A DNA stretch of 40,626 bases from a virus: positions 1 to 40,626 of IMG/VR virus record IMGVR_UViG_2885676553_000001, one strand, 5' to 3'. Positions 17,889 to 24,441 of the stretch are shown piece after piece; positions within the stretch are counted from its first letter, which is position 1, and each line of letters starts with the position of its first letter. The position numbers were made by a program, and so were the translations under genes. Under the pieces are notes generated by a model. That model was not told the origin of the DNA. It was given only the letters and a program-made list of their open reading frames with translations, and searched no databases.

Positions 17889-19777
17889 TATTTACCACCT
17901 CCAAACATTGCCTTGAAGAAGTCACGTTTTCCTTGTGTGTCTAGGTCATTCAGCGGGTTATATCCCTCATCATGATAGTTTTCGAAATAGAATTTTGCCT
18001 GCGCATGAGCATTAATAAGCGCATCAGTCGTATCAATATGATCACTCGTGCGATTTTGACGATCAATCTTGACCGAACCGCCGCGATCTTCTACCAATAC
18101 AGCATTGTTTAGCCCATCGATCAGCAGCGGATCATTTAGCATCGAAATGTTGCCATTAATAAACAGATTCTGAAAGTCCTTAGTAGGCTCATTCAGCTTG
18201 AACGAGGTAGGAGGCAAAGGAAACCATTGCCACTGTGGTTGATAATTCTCCAGTTTCTTTTCAAGCCATTCACCATGGTTTGGATCAGCAATGATGAATT
18301 TGACCTTGAGCCGATGTTGATTAACATAATCAACCAACCACTGGTAAACCTGATCGGTGTTGATTACGCCTGATGCAAGATTGGTGATGTCAACGAATCC
18401 TTCATCTTGCAATTTAAGGTAATCTAATCCGTCCTGTTTCGACTTGGCTTCAATCGTTTTTGCCTGTGCGAAGGGAATAAAGCTGTGCTGCTGAACATGA
18501 AACATGTGTTTGTCATGATCAGTGTACGGATAAATGAAGCCAAAAGACGTATTATCATTTGTCTGTGACCCGTCAAACCCGATAAACACATCACGCCCGT
18601 TCACATCGAAGTGGTCAATAATACTGCGTTGAATGTTGTCTAGGGACAAATAGCTGTTCTGGAATCTCCGGCTCCACAGATTTAGTGACTTATTTACGAA
18701 GGTTTCAAGTGTTCCCTCACGTTCATTATCGTTGCGATCCTGATTAAGAGCATTTTGAAGGTTGTCCCGTTTACTCTTTTGCAGCTCAAGCAGATTAGGA
18801 TTAGATTTTGCCCATGTTTCGGGTTCAAATACCTCATCCTCTGAGTCCTGAGCATAAATTACTTGGAATACGTTGTCAGCGTCTCGAACGGCGTCATGCT
18901 CAATGGCAGCCCTAGTTACGTCTTCATCATTCTTAAACTTAACCTTGATATCAGGGTAAGCTGTTGAAATCTTGACAAACATTCGGTTCTTAATGCCATT
19001 TTGTCCGGATGTAATCTGTTTTAAGGTCTCATTCAGTGCTGGCCTCAAGTTACCAATTTCATCATAAACAGCGATTGCATTGTGGAAACTATCAAAGCCA
19101 CCACCTTGTGATGTGCCTTTTCGGATCGTATTCTTAGTGTTTTTTGCAATAACTTGCGTGGTATGAGCTTCCACGCCTCGCTCTCTAGCATCATCTGCAA
19201 AGTCCGGCAGAGACAAAATCGTCTTTGCCTGCAAAGACACGTCATTGAACAGCTTGGTTGCATGTTCACTATCGTAACTAGCCACTAGCAAATCCTGTGA
19301 TGTCGCATTCCAGCAGACTACAAAGTAATAAAAGTTGATTAGAATTGATGCTAGCCAAGTTTTGCCTTGCTGCCGAGCAATAGAAATATTAGAGGTCGTG
19401 AATCGAGTGCCGTTGTCAACGGTTCGCCATCCAATCAAGCTATCAAGAATGAACGATTGCCATTTGAATGGTTGAATTGTTTTCGACGTATCGTCTGGAT
19501 TAGGCAGCAGTCGTGAAAAGTATTCAATTGCGTTGACCATGTCTGAGTTGTATTGGTAGGGAAAATCATCATTGCCAATCCGCAATAAATCATTCAAGTG
19601 TCTAATACATGCCAGCTGAACATCTCTACCAGTCATGTATTTATTGCTGAACATAACGTCATAAGCGTATCTTGTTCCTGGATCGTGGTACTTATCAAAC
19701 AGTTCTTGGTAATCTGATTGGTACGGCTTTACGTATCCACGAATATCAGTTACACCGGTAAAATCAAACGTCTGCAC
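17888..19777 (-). CDS. terL: Terminase large subunit
   Basis: About 629 aa. Probable GTG start at 19777, 9 nt after GAAGGAGG. Position and size match the TerL slot downstream of TerS. Confidence 0.9.
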   Translation of the reverse strand: MQTFDFTGVTDIRGYVKPYQSDYQELFDKYHDPGTRYAYDVMFSNKYMTGRDVQLACIRHLNDLLRIGNDDFPYQYNSDMVNAIEYFSRLLPNPDDTSKTIQPFKWQSFILDSLIGWRTVDNGTRFTTSNISIARQQGKTWLASILINFYYFVVCWNATSQDLLVASYDSEHATKLFNDVSLQAKTILSLPDFADDARERGVEAHTTQVIAKNTKNTIRKGTSQGGGFDSFHNAIAVYDEIGNLRPALNETLKQITSGQNGIKNRMFVKISTAYPDIKVKFKNDEDVTRAAIEHDAVRDADNVFQVIYAQDSEDEVFEPETWAKSNPNLLELQKSKRDNLQNALNQDRNDNEREGTLETFVNKSLNLWSRRFQNSYLSLDNIQRSIIDHFDVNGRDVFIGFDGSQTNDNTSFGFIYPYTDHDKHMFHVQQHSFIPFAQAKTIEAKSKQDGLDYLKLQDEGFVDITNLASGVINTDQVYQWLVDYVNQHRLKVKFIIADPNHGEWLEKKLENYQPQWQWFPLPPTSFKLNEPTKDFQNLFINGNISMLNDPLLIDGLNNAVLVEDRGGSVKIDRQNRTSDHIDTTDALINAHAQAKFYFENYHDEGYNPLNDLDTQGKRDFFKAMFGGGK

Positions 19778-20231
19778 CGAACCCAACCTCCTTCAATGGA
19801 CTGTTTTTCTTAGGCTTTTCCGGTTCTTCGACAGTTATCTGGCGTAATCCAGAGTCAAATGTAAGTCCTAAATCATGTCCTAACGACTTCATATTCTTCA
19901 CACAAGAGTCCATTTGAACAGCTCCAGGAGAACGCTTCACCGCAACGTTATCGTTGTCATAAATCCACAGTCCCTGTTGTTCAATCAACTGCTCAGACTT
20001 AATGTAAAGTGAGTAATAACGGCAATACAGTTCAAGGCTTGGCTGGTCAATCTTTTTCAGGTAACCAAGTTTCTTGACTTCTGGAATAAGTGACTTCCAC
20101 AATCGGCTTGCTTCGTCGTCAAGGTGAACAGGAGGCGTGTTCTGAATGTCCTTCATATCGTCGTTGCAATCAGAGCAACTTTTATCAGAATTTGCGGGTA
20201 AAATTGTCAATTTTGGGTGATTTTCGGGCAC
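19764..20231 (-). CDS. terS: Terminase small subunit (P27 family-like)
   Basis: 155 aa with a GTG start after AAAGGAGG. The LELYCRYYSLYIKSEQ...LGLTFDSGLR pattern fits the P27 family. Confidence 0.75.
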   Translation of the reverse strand: MPENHPKLTILPANSDKSCSDCNDDMKDIQNTPPVHLDDEASRLWKSLIPEVKKLGYLKKIDQPSLELYCRYYSLYIKSEQLIEQQGLWIYDNDNVAVKRSPGAVQMDSCVKNMKSLGHDLGLTFDSGLRQITVEEPEKPKKNSPLKEVGFGADV

Positions 20232-20349
20232 AAAAAACGCCTCCTTTCTATACTAAAATGGCTATGTTTCGGGATTTAAGGCTCAAAAAGTCTGAATTTT
20301 TTTGAAATTTGGTTTTTCGGCAAATGGACACTGGTGTGTGAGGTTCCCC

Positions 20350-20865
20350 TTAAACAACATAGGCCCCCCCTAATTTTTTGTGAGCGAGTACCCATTCGGA
20401 GATTTTGCTTTGCGTCCACTTAGTCGCGGTGTCAATATTTTCAATTCTGGACTGTGACGTGTATATCTTTTCCTCAAGCTGTGTCTTCCAATAGTGGCAT
20501 CCCTTACAGAGCACCCATAGATTTTGAGGGTCTAGGCATCTCCGCCTATCAATTTTCAGTGGGACAATGTGATCAGTGACCAAATAGCCTGGTTTGTCAT
20601 ACGTTCTGCCACAGATTGCACATGTAAAAAATGATTTGGCCTTTACGGTACGTGCCGTGTGTTCCCATATCTTAGACTTATAGAATGCAGCAGACTCTTT
20701 GTCGCGCTTGTACTTGTCGTAATATGATGTGTCACGTTTAACATGCTTTGCAGTATCAGCGTAGCTAGGTTTATACAATCCTGTATGTTCAGAACAATAT
20801 GGGTTTGCTTGAGCATAAGGGATTACATTATTGCATCCAGGCTTGCGGCATACCTTCACGCGCAT
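20350..20865 (-). CDS. HNH endonuclease (packaging-associated)
   Basis: 171 aa with multiple Cys pairs and an HNH core (DHIVPLK...NLWVLCKGCHYWKT). Lies directly upstream of terS. Confidence 0.85.
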   Translation of the reverse strand: MRVKVCRKPGCNNVIPYAQANPYCSEHTGLYKPSYADTAKHVKRDTSYYDKYKRDKESAAFYKSKIWEHTARTVKAKSFFTCAICGRTYDKPGYLVTDHIVPLKIDRRRCLDPQNLWVLCKGCHYWKTQLEEKIYTSQSRIENIDTATKWTQSKISEWVLAHKKLGGAYVV

Positions 20866-20868
20866 AGC

Positions 20869-21033
20869 CTAGTCCTCATTCAATCCAATGACGATTGCCA
20901 GCCCAATCCAGAATACGATCCAGATGATCCAAGCAATCAACGGTACGAATACCAGTAACCAACTCCATGCAATCAAGCCGAATAGCTTGGCCAGCACAAA
21001 GACTAGCGTCAGCAGCAATAAAAAGTAATACAT
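20869..21033 (-). CDS. Small membrane protein (54 aa)
   Basis: Internal ATG with SD GGAGGAAG. Product MYYFLLLLTLVFVLAKLFGLIAWSWLLVFVPLIAWIIWIVFWIGLAIVIGLNED. The longer track ORF has no SD. Confidence 0.45.
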   Translation of the reverse strand: MYYFLLLLTLVFVLAKLFGLIAWSWLLVFVPLIAWIIWIVFWIGLAIVIGLNED

Positions 21034-21236
21034 GGGTTCTTCCTCCAATATTGAGACAACGTGCTTTAAATAGACGATTTGTTTATTCTTCCTATTGCAT
21101 CTGTTCACCTGCTGAAATATAATGAACCCGTGCAACACGATTAGGTGTTGTTCACCCCTGACGTCCGGTTTATTCACACGACGTATGCCCTTGGTCCCCC
21201 AACCGAGGGCTATTTGCTTGCATTATTTAATAAGTC

Positions 21237-21247
21237 TGTGAGATAAT
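21237..21247 (+). promoter_or_regulatory. Extended -10-like element TGTGAGATAAT upstream of the csbD-like gene
   Basis: Motif lies 25 nt upstream of the ATG. TTGCAT sits 18 nt upstream of GATAAT. The same 11-mer occurs at 33721-33731. Confidence 0.4.
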
Positions 21248-21271
21248 GCCAAGTAAATGGAGGTAATATCT

Positions 21272-21481
21272 ATGAGCTTAGATGGTAAAATTGATAGCAC
21301 TAAGGACAAGATCTCCGGTAAAGCAAAAGAAGTTGAAGGTAAAGTTACTGGTGATAAGGCCCGCGAAGCACAAGGCAAGGCTGAAGGCGTACTTGGCAAA
21401 GTAAAAGAAAAGTTAGACGATGCCAAAGATGCCGTTAAAGATACTGTTGATGATGTAAAAGAAAAACTTGATAAAGATTAG
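21272..21481 (+). CDS. csbD: CsbD-family small stress-response protein
   Basis: 69 aa starting MSLDGKIDSTKDKISGKAKEVEGKVTGDKAREAQGKAEG..., a typical CsbD-like Lys/Gly-rich repeat. SD GGAGGT. Followed by a terminator. Confidence 0.8.
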   Translation: MSLDGKIDSTKDKISGKAKEVEGKVTGDKAREAQGKAEGVLGKVKEKLDDAKDAVKDTVDDVKEKLDKD

Positions 21482-21488
21482 TCTTACG

Positions 21489-21514
21489 GCCGGCATTTGC
21501 CGGCTATTTGTTTG
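21489..21514 (+). terminator. Intrinsic terminator of the csbD-like gene
   Basis: GCCGGC-ATTT-GCCGGC followed by TATTTGTTTG. Confidence 0.7.
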
Positions 21515-21515
21515 T

Positions 21516-21549
21516 ATAAAAATAGCACCTCACCGTTTGGCGGAGTGCT
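21516..21549 (-). terminator. Intrinsic terminator of the 333-aa accessory gene
   Basis: Minus-strand 11-position stem AGCACUCCGCC/GGUGAGGUGCU (one mismatch, two G-U pairs) followed by AUUUUUAU. Confidence 0.6.
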
Positions 21550-21572
21550 TAGTATTCGACTATTATCAGCAA

Positions 21573-22574
21573 CTATGCACGGATTTCCAGCAGTGCTCTC
21601 ACTTTACTAGAAACCCTATTTGCGAGTTCGCTGTTTCCTTGATACCCATTATCATAAAACTCGGTATACTCAGACGAAATGTCCGCCGGAAGATGTTCAC
21701 CATAATCTTCTTTAAAGCTTTCTCTGCTGCAAATTGTAATAACTTTTTTGCCAATTGTGTGACAAATACCGAGCTCATAAAACACATTTGGATTTTTATA
21801 GCTCAAATCAGCTATAGCAAAAGCCGATGTGCAAATATCTTGCCAAATATTTTCTACAATATCATTTCCTCTATTAGGATCGAACATATCCTCCGATTTT
21901 ATGATACTGACGTCGTCTCCTACTTTATCAACAATCGCTGTCATTGCATTAAGTGGTTCTTCTTTAAAAGGCAATATATAAAAAATCTTATTCTTATTGA
22001 CAACCATATTACGTGCCTTAAATTTCGGATCAATAATCATCATGTTGTTTTTCCTTTCGAAATACTTGATTATATTGGTAGAATTATATTCTAGGTTGGC
22101 TTTTAAATCTTTTGCATCATTTACTAGTTCTTTGAATTTTGCAAGCTTTGATTCGGTCGGTGTTACAGTAATGCTTGTCAATTGCTTAGAATATTTAGAT
22201 ATGAGGTTTACTGGTATTTGAACAAAGAATTGAGGACTGTACCCTCGGCATAGGCCCATATGAATACCTAATAATTCGTGTGCTTGAGATATGCTTTGTG
22301 CTTGCATATTCAAAAACGATATTTCTTCAAACCCATGTATGGCTTTTTGACTGGTTAATCCTAAAACCACCTGATTTGTCGCTAATAGCCCCCAAACATT
22401 ATATGGTTGAACAAGCGATACTCTAGTAAGTCCCACTTGCATCAATGACGGGTCATTTTGAGCATAGTCAAGCAGACAGTCTAAATACGTGATTAAATTT
22501 TTAGCATCCAATCCATATATAAAATCATTTATTGTCGACACGTCTTTAATCCCGGATAAATTTGTTTTCATCAT
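21573..22574 (-). CDS. AT-rich accessory protein: unknown N-terminal domain plus C-terminal NDT/TIR-like Rossmannoid-looking domain (candidate defence effector)
   Basis: 333 aa from ATGATG at 22574, with SD GAGGTGA 5 nt upstream. Visibly AT-rich compared with its neighbours. C-terminal block: IFYILPF...AFAIADLSYKNPNVFYELGICHTIGKKVITI. The GTG-extended 374-aa track ORF runs through the leader hairpin and has no SD. Confidence 0.6.
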   Translation of the reverse strand: MMKTNLSGIKDVSTINDFIYGLDAKNLITYLDCLLDYAQNDPSLMQVGLTRVSLVQPYNVWGLLATNQVVLGLTSQKAIHGFEEISFLNMQAQSISQAHELLGIHMGLCRGYSPQFFVQIPVNLISKYSKQLTSITVTPTESKLAKFKELVNDAKDLKANLEYNSTNIIKYFERKNNMMIIDPKFKARNMVVNKNKIFYILPFKEEPLNAMTAIVDKVGDDVSIIKSEDMFDPNRGNDIVENIWQDICTSAFAIADLSYKNPNVFYELGICHTIGKKVITICSRESFKEDYGEHLPADISSEYTEFYDNGYQGNSELANRVSSKVRALLEIRA

Positions 22575-22578
22575 TTCT

Positions 22579-22633
22579 ATCACCTCAAAAAAATAGTACC
22601 CCAGCACGAACTGGAATACTACATTGAGGTGAT
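22579..22633 (-). promoter_or_regulatory. SD-sequestering hairpin / terminator-like element immediately 5' of the 333-aa gene
   Basis: Perfect 10-nt inverted repeat: atcacctcaa (22579-22588) and ttgaggtgat (22624-22633). The inner stem GUAGUA..CCAG-UUCGUG-CUGG..UACUAU is followed by U7. The 3' arm contains the SD GAGGUGA. Confidence 0.6.
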
Positions 22634-22811
22634 GTCTGTGCTTCATATCTAATGGTCTTGGAGTGACAGACTCCAAAGCGAGCGGGCGGAGTTGCACCTC
22701 CCTGTTTCAACATTGAGTAACCGGTATCAATGCCTTCCCTCATCTGTTGCTCGCATAATACGGTATTGGGTAATGTCAACCGCTTTGCCCTCTAGAAAGG
22801 CTCTAACCTAA

Positions 22812-22865
22812 TGCAATCGCCGGGAATCGGACCCGGCACCATGAGGTGATCCATTTCGGTTGCAC
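22812..22865 (-). ncRNA. Anticodon-arm-less tRNA-like minihelix
   Basis: Minus RNA: GUGCAACC-GAAAUGGAUCACCUCAUGGUG-CCGGG-UCCGAUU-CCCGG-CGAUUGCA. It has a T-arm-like hairpin and the same 3' acceptor strand as the tRNA-like gene at 23061-23135. Confidence 0.35.
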
Positions 22866-23060
22866 TGACACACTCCCGGATACCGCGCCGGGCCGCTAAC
22901 GGTGGTACCACCATCCAGTGTGAGTGTGTCCGCCCACACTGGCCATTGTTGTGTTGATGGGCGAGATCTATACCAGTCCCATCATGGCCGCGTCCGGCAC
23001 TTTCCAATCAGTCAATCGACATCATGGCTGCGGAGGTTAAAACTCCTAGCATCAAACATA
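22866..23060 (-). ncRNA. GC-rich structured RNA candidate (strand inferred from the flanking tRNA-like elements)
   Basis: No credible ORF. Crossing helices gacacactc(22867-75)/gagtgtgtc(22922-30) and ccagtgtg(22915-22)/cacactgg(22935-42). Hairpins cccgg/ccggg (22875-92), ggtggtaccacc (22901-12) and gatggg/cccatc (22956-83). Direct repeat catcatggc at 22980 and 23020. Confidence 0.4.
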
Positions 23061-23135
23061 TGCAATCGGCAGGCATCGAACCTGCATCGTGTTCACATCG
23101 CGCTAACGTGCCGCTTTACTTTAAGCTACGATTGC
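23061..23135 (-). tRNA. tRNA-like gene with a canonical acceptor and T arm but an aberrant D loop and anticodon region
   Basis: Minus RNA: GCAAUCG UA GCUU AAAGUA AAGC GG CACGU UAGCGCG AUGUG AACACGAU GCAGG UUCGAUG CCUGC CGAUUGC A. Anomalies: no GG in the D loop, A at position 33, 8-nt variable region, no encoded CCA. Confidence 0.45.
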
Positions 23136-23218
23136 ACTCGGATTATCGCTACCCGAATCATTCAACACTATCAGAATAACAGTGAATTTTGTTCAAGTGG
23201 TTACTACTTAGTTGCAAT

Positions 23219-23677
23219 TTAGTCACTTAGAAGTTGCTTGCTCGTCTCATTTCTTAACACGATCAGCTCATGATTTGGGTAAGATTCGGCAAACTCGAAC
23301 AATGCGGCTGTCTTTTGGCGTTTAGCAGTGCCAACACTTCCAAACCCCATACGTTCTGCGACTTGCCACATTTCTAGCTCCTCTGGCGTGCAGTAGCAAA
23401 AGTACAATAACCATTTGCTTTGAAACTTGCACAGCGCTAACGCGTTATCAATCACTCCGATATGTGCCTCAGCATCCAGCACCTTATCCAGCCTAGCAAC
23501 AAGGGCGGCTTCAGTACCGTTTTGAAATGATTGAGCTTTCGGCATCCCGTCCATAGATGGTGACTTGAGATCAGTCAACGGGCGACCTGCCAAGCGCGCA
23601 TAGTGTCGATATTCTTTTAGCTTCTGGCGAGCCTTATCACAACTAGCCTTTTCATCAATTTCTGGAAACAATGCCAT
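23219..23677 (-). CDS. arpU: ArpU-family late transcription regulator
   Basis: 152 aa with SD GGGGTGG. It is the last gene of the early operon before the packaging module, and the sequence style fits the ArpU/sigma-like family. Confidence 0.7.
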   Translation of the reverse strand: MALFPEIDEKASCDKARQKLKEYRHYARLAGRPLTDLKSPSMDGMPKAQSFQNGTEAALVARLDKVLDAEAHIGVIDNALALCKFQSKWLLYFCYCTPEELEMWQVAERMGFGSVGTAKRQKTAALFEFAESYPNHELIVLRNETSKQLLSD

Positions 23678-23754
23678 CAGTTAGCCACCCCTTGTGCTAG
23701 AATTAACTTATCGGGATAAATTCTAGGCTGCCATTAGGTGGCCTTTTTTCGTGT

Positions 23755-23916
23755 CTATTCATACGGATGCAGTGTCTTATAGACAAGCTCATCGATAGTC
23801 ATCTTGCCGCCATACTTGGCACGCTCCTTGACTAATTCGATATGAGCTTCGTTATCGCGGCGTGCCTGCATCATACGGCGATGCTTCTTCTTGATAGCTG
23901 ACTTATTTTTACCCAT
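23755..23916 (-). CDS. Small basic hypothetical protein
   Basis: 53 aa from MGKNKSAIKKKHRR with SD GGGAGG. Confidence 0.5.
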   Translation of the reverse strand: MGKNKSAIKKKHRRMMQARRDNEAHIELVKERAKYGGKMTIDELVYKTLHPYE

Positions 23917-23973
23917 TCCGTTTCGCCTCCCTATATTTGGCAAGACTGTCGGGCTTGCCATTAGATCACCCCT

Positions 23974-24183
23974 CTACTTTTCCAGCCAATACAGCAAATT
24001 CGCACCAGCAATGAATGCCAGTATCGCTGCCGTTATCCAAAAGACTAAGCATACCCACCACATTGGATCGGCTATCAGCATCCATGTCAGAATTACAATG
24101 CCCCAGACAGTAAGAACGATTTCAGCCATGAAGATGCCAGCGCGAATTACCCGCGCAATTCCGTGTCTGATTTTGCGTCCCAT
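23974..24183 (-). CDS. Small membrane protein
   Basis: 69 aa from MGRKIRHG with SD GAGGGGTGA. Two hydrophobic helices. Confidence 0.5.
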   Translation of the reverse strand: MGRKIRHGIARVIRAGIFMAEIVLTVWGIVILTWMLIADPMWWVCLVFWITAAILAFIAGANLLYWLEK

Positions 24184-24240
24184 CAGATCACCCCTCACCG
24201 CCACGCGCGCCATGCGACTAGGCAGATGGCTAAAGAAAGA

Positions 24241-24441
24241 TTAATTACCATCATCGCCTGCCTCCTTCTCCAACGCATACCCTAGAATTTTGCTCCGTTC
24301 AAAAGCCGCGCGACGATGCTTGCTGGTGGATACACCGTCATACTCAAACTGGATGATCGTCTCAAAGCCACGGAACTCTGTCACATTTTCAAATTTCATC
24401 GTGTGGCCGTTTGGCATCCAAATAATCAAATCTTTTTTCAT
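24241..24441 (-). CDS. Hypothetical protein
   Basis: 66 aa from MKKDLIIW with SD AGAGGAAG. Confidence 0.5.
   Translation of the reverse strand: MKKDLIIWMPNGHTMKFENVTEFRGFETIIQFEYDGVSTSKHRRAAFERSKILGYALEKEAGDDGN

Noticed and set aside
21468-22094. 208-aa plus-strand ORF antisense to the 333-aa accessory gene
   Set aside because: It starts inside the csbD-like gene's 3' end and terminator and has no SD. Its Ile/Phe/Asn-rich composition is typical of AT-rich antisense frames, and the minus-strand ORF has an SD and its own terminator.
22575-22697. N-terminal 41-aa extension of the accessory gene (374-aa track ORF from a GTG)
   Set aside because: There is no SD before the GTG. The extension runs through the hairpin/U-run element, whereas the internal ATGATG has GAGGTGA at 5-nt spacing.
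22755-22779. Promoter TTGACA...TATTAT on the minus strand upstream of the leader
   Set aside because: The hexamers are separated by only 13 nt, which is outside the functional 16-18-nt spacing.
22901-22912. T-box riboswitch, because GGTGGTACC resembles the T-box core
   Set aside because: The 12-mer is a simple palindrome about 300 nt from the only terminator/SD hairpin. I could identify no Stem I specifier or K-turn architecture or adjacent antiterminator.
23061-23135. Amber-suppressor tRNA that would rescue the TAG at 27771-27773
   Set aside because: The putative anticodon loop (UAGCGCG) contains no CUA triplet, so there is no support for suppression.
21573-23147. Retron (ncRNA upstream of an NDT-like effector)
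   Set aside because: No reverse transcriptase ORF exists anywhere in the window, and no clear a1/a2 flanking repeats with a long msd hairpin were found. The comparison is kept only as an architectural analogy.
22792-23222. 71-aa (minus) and 106-aa (plus) ORFs in the GC-rich gap
   Set aside because: They lack SDs and give Cys/His/Arg-rich nonsense-like translations. They overlap the tRNA-like elements and dense helices, so the region is better explained as RNA.
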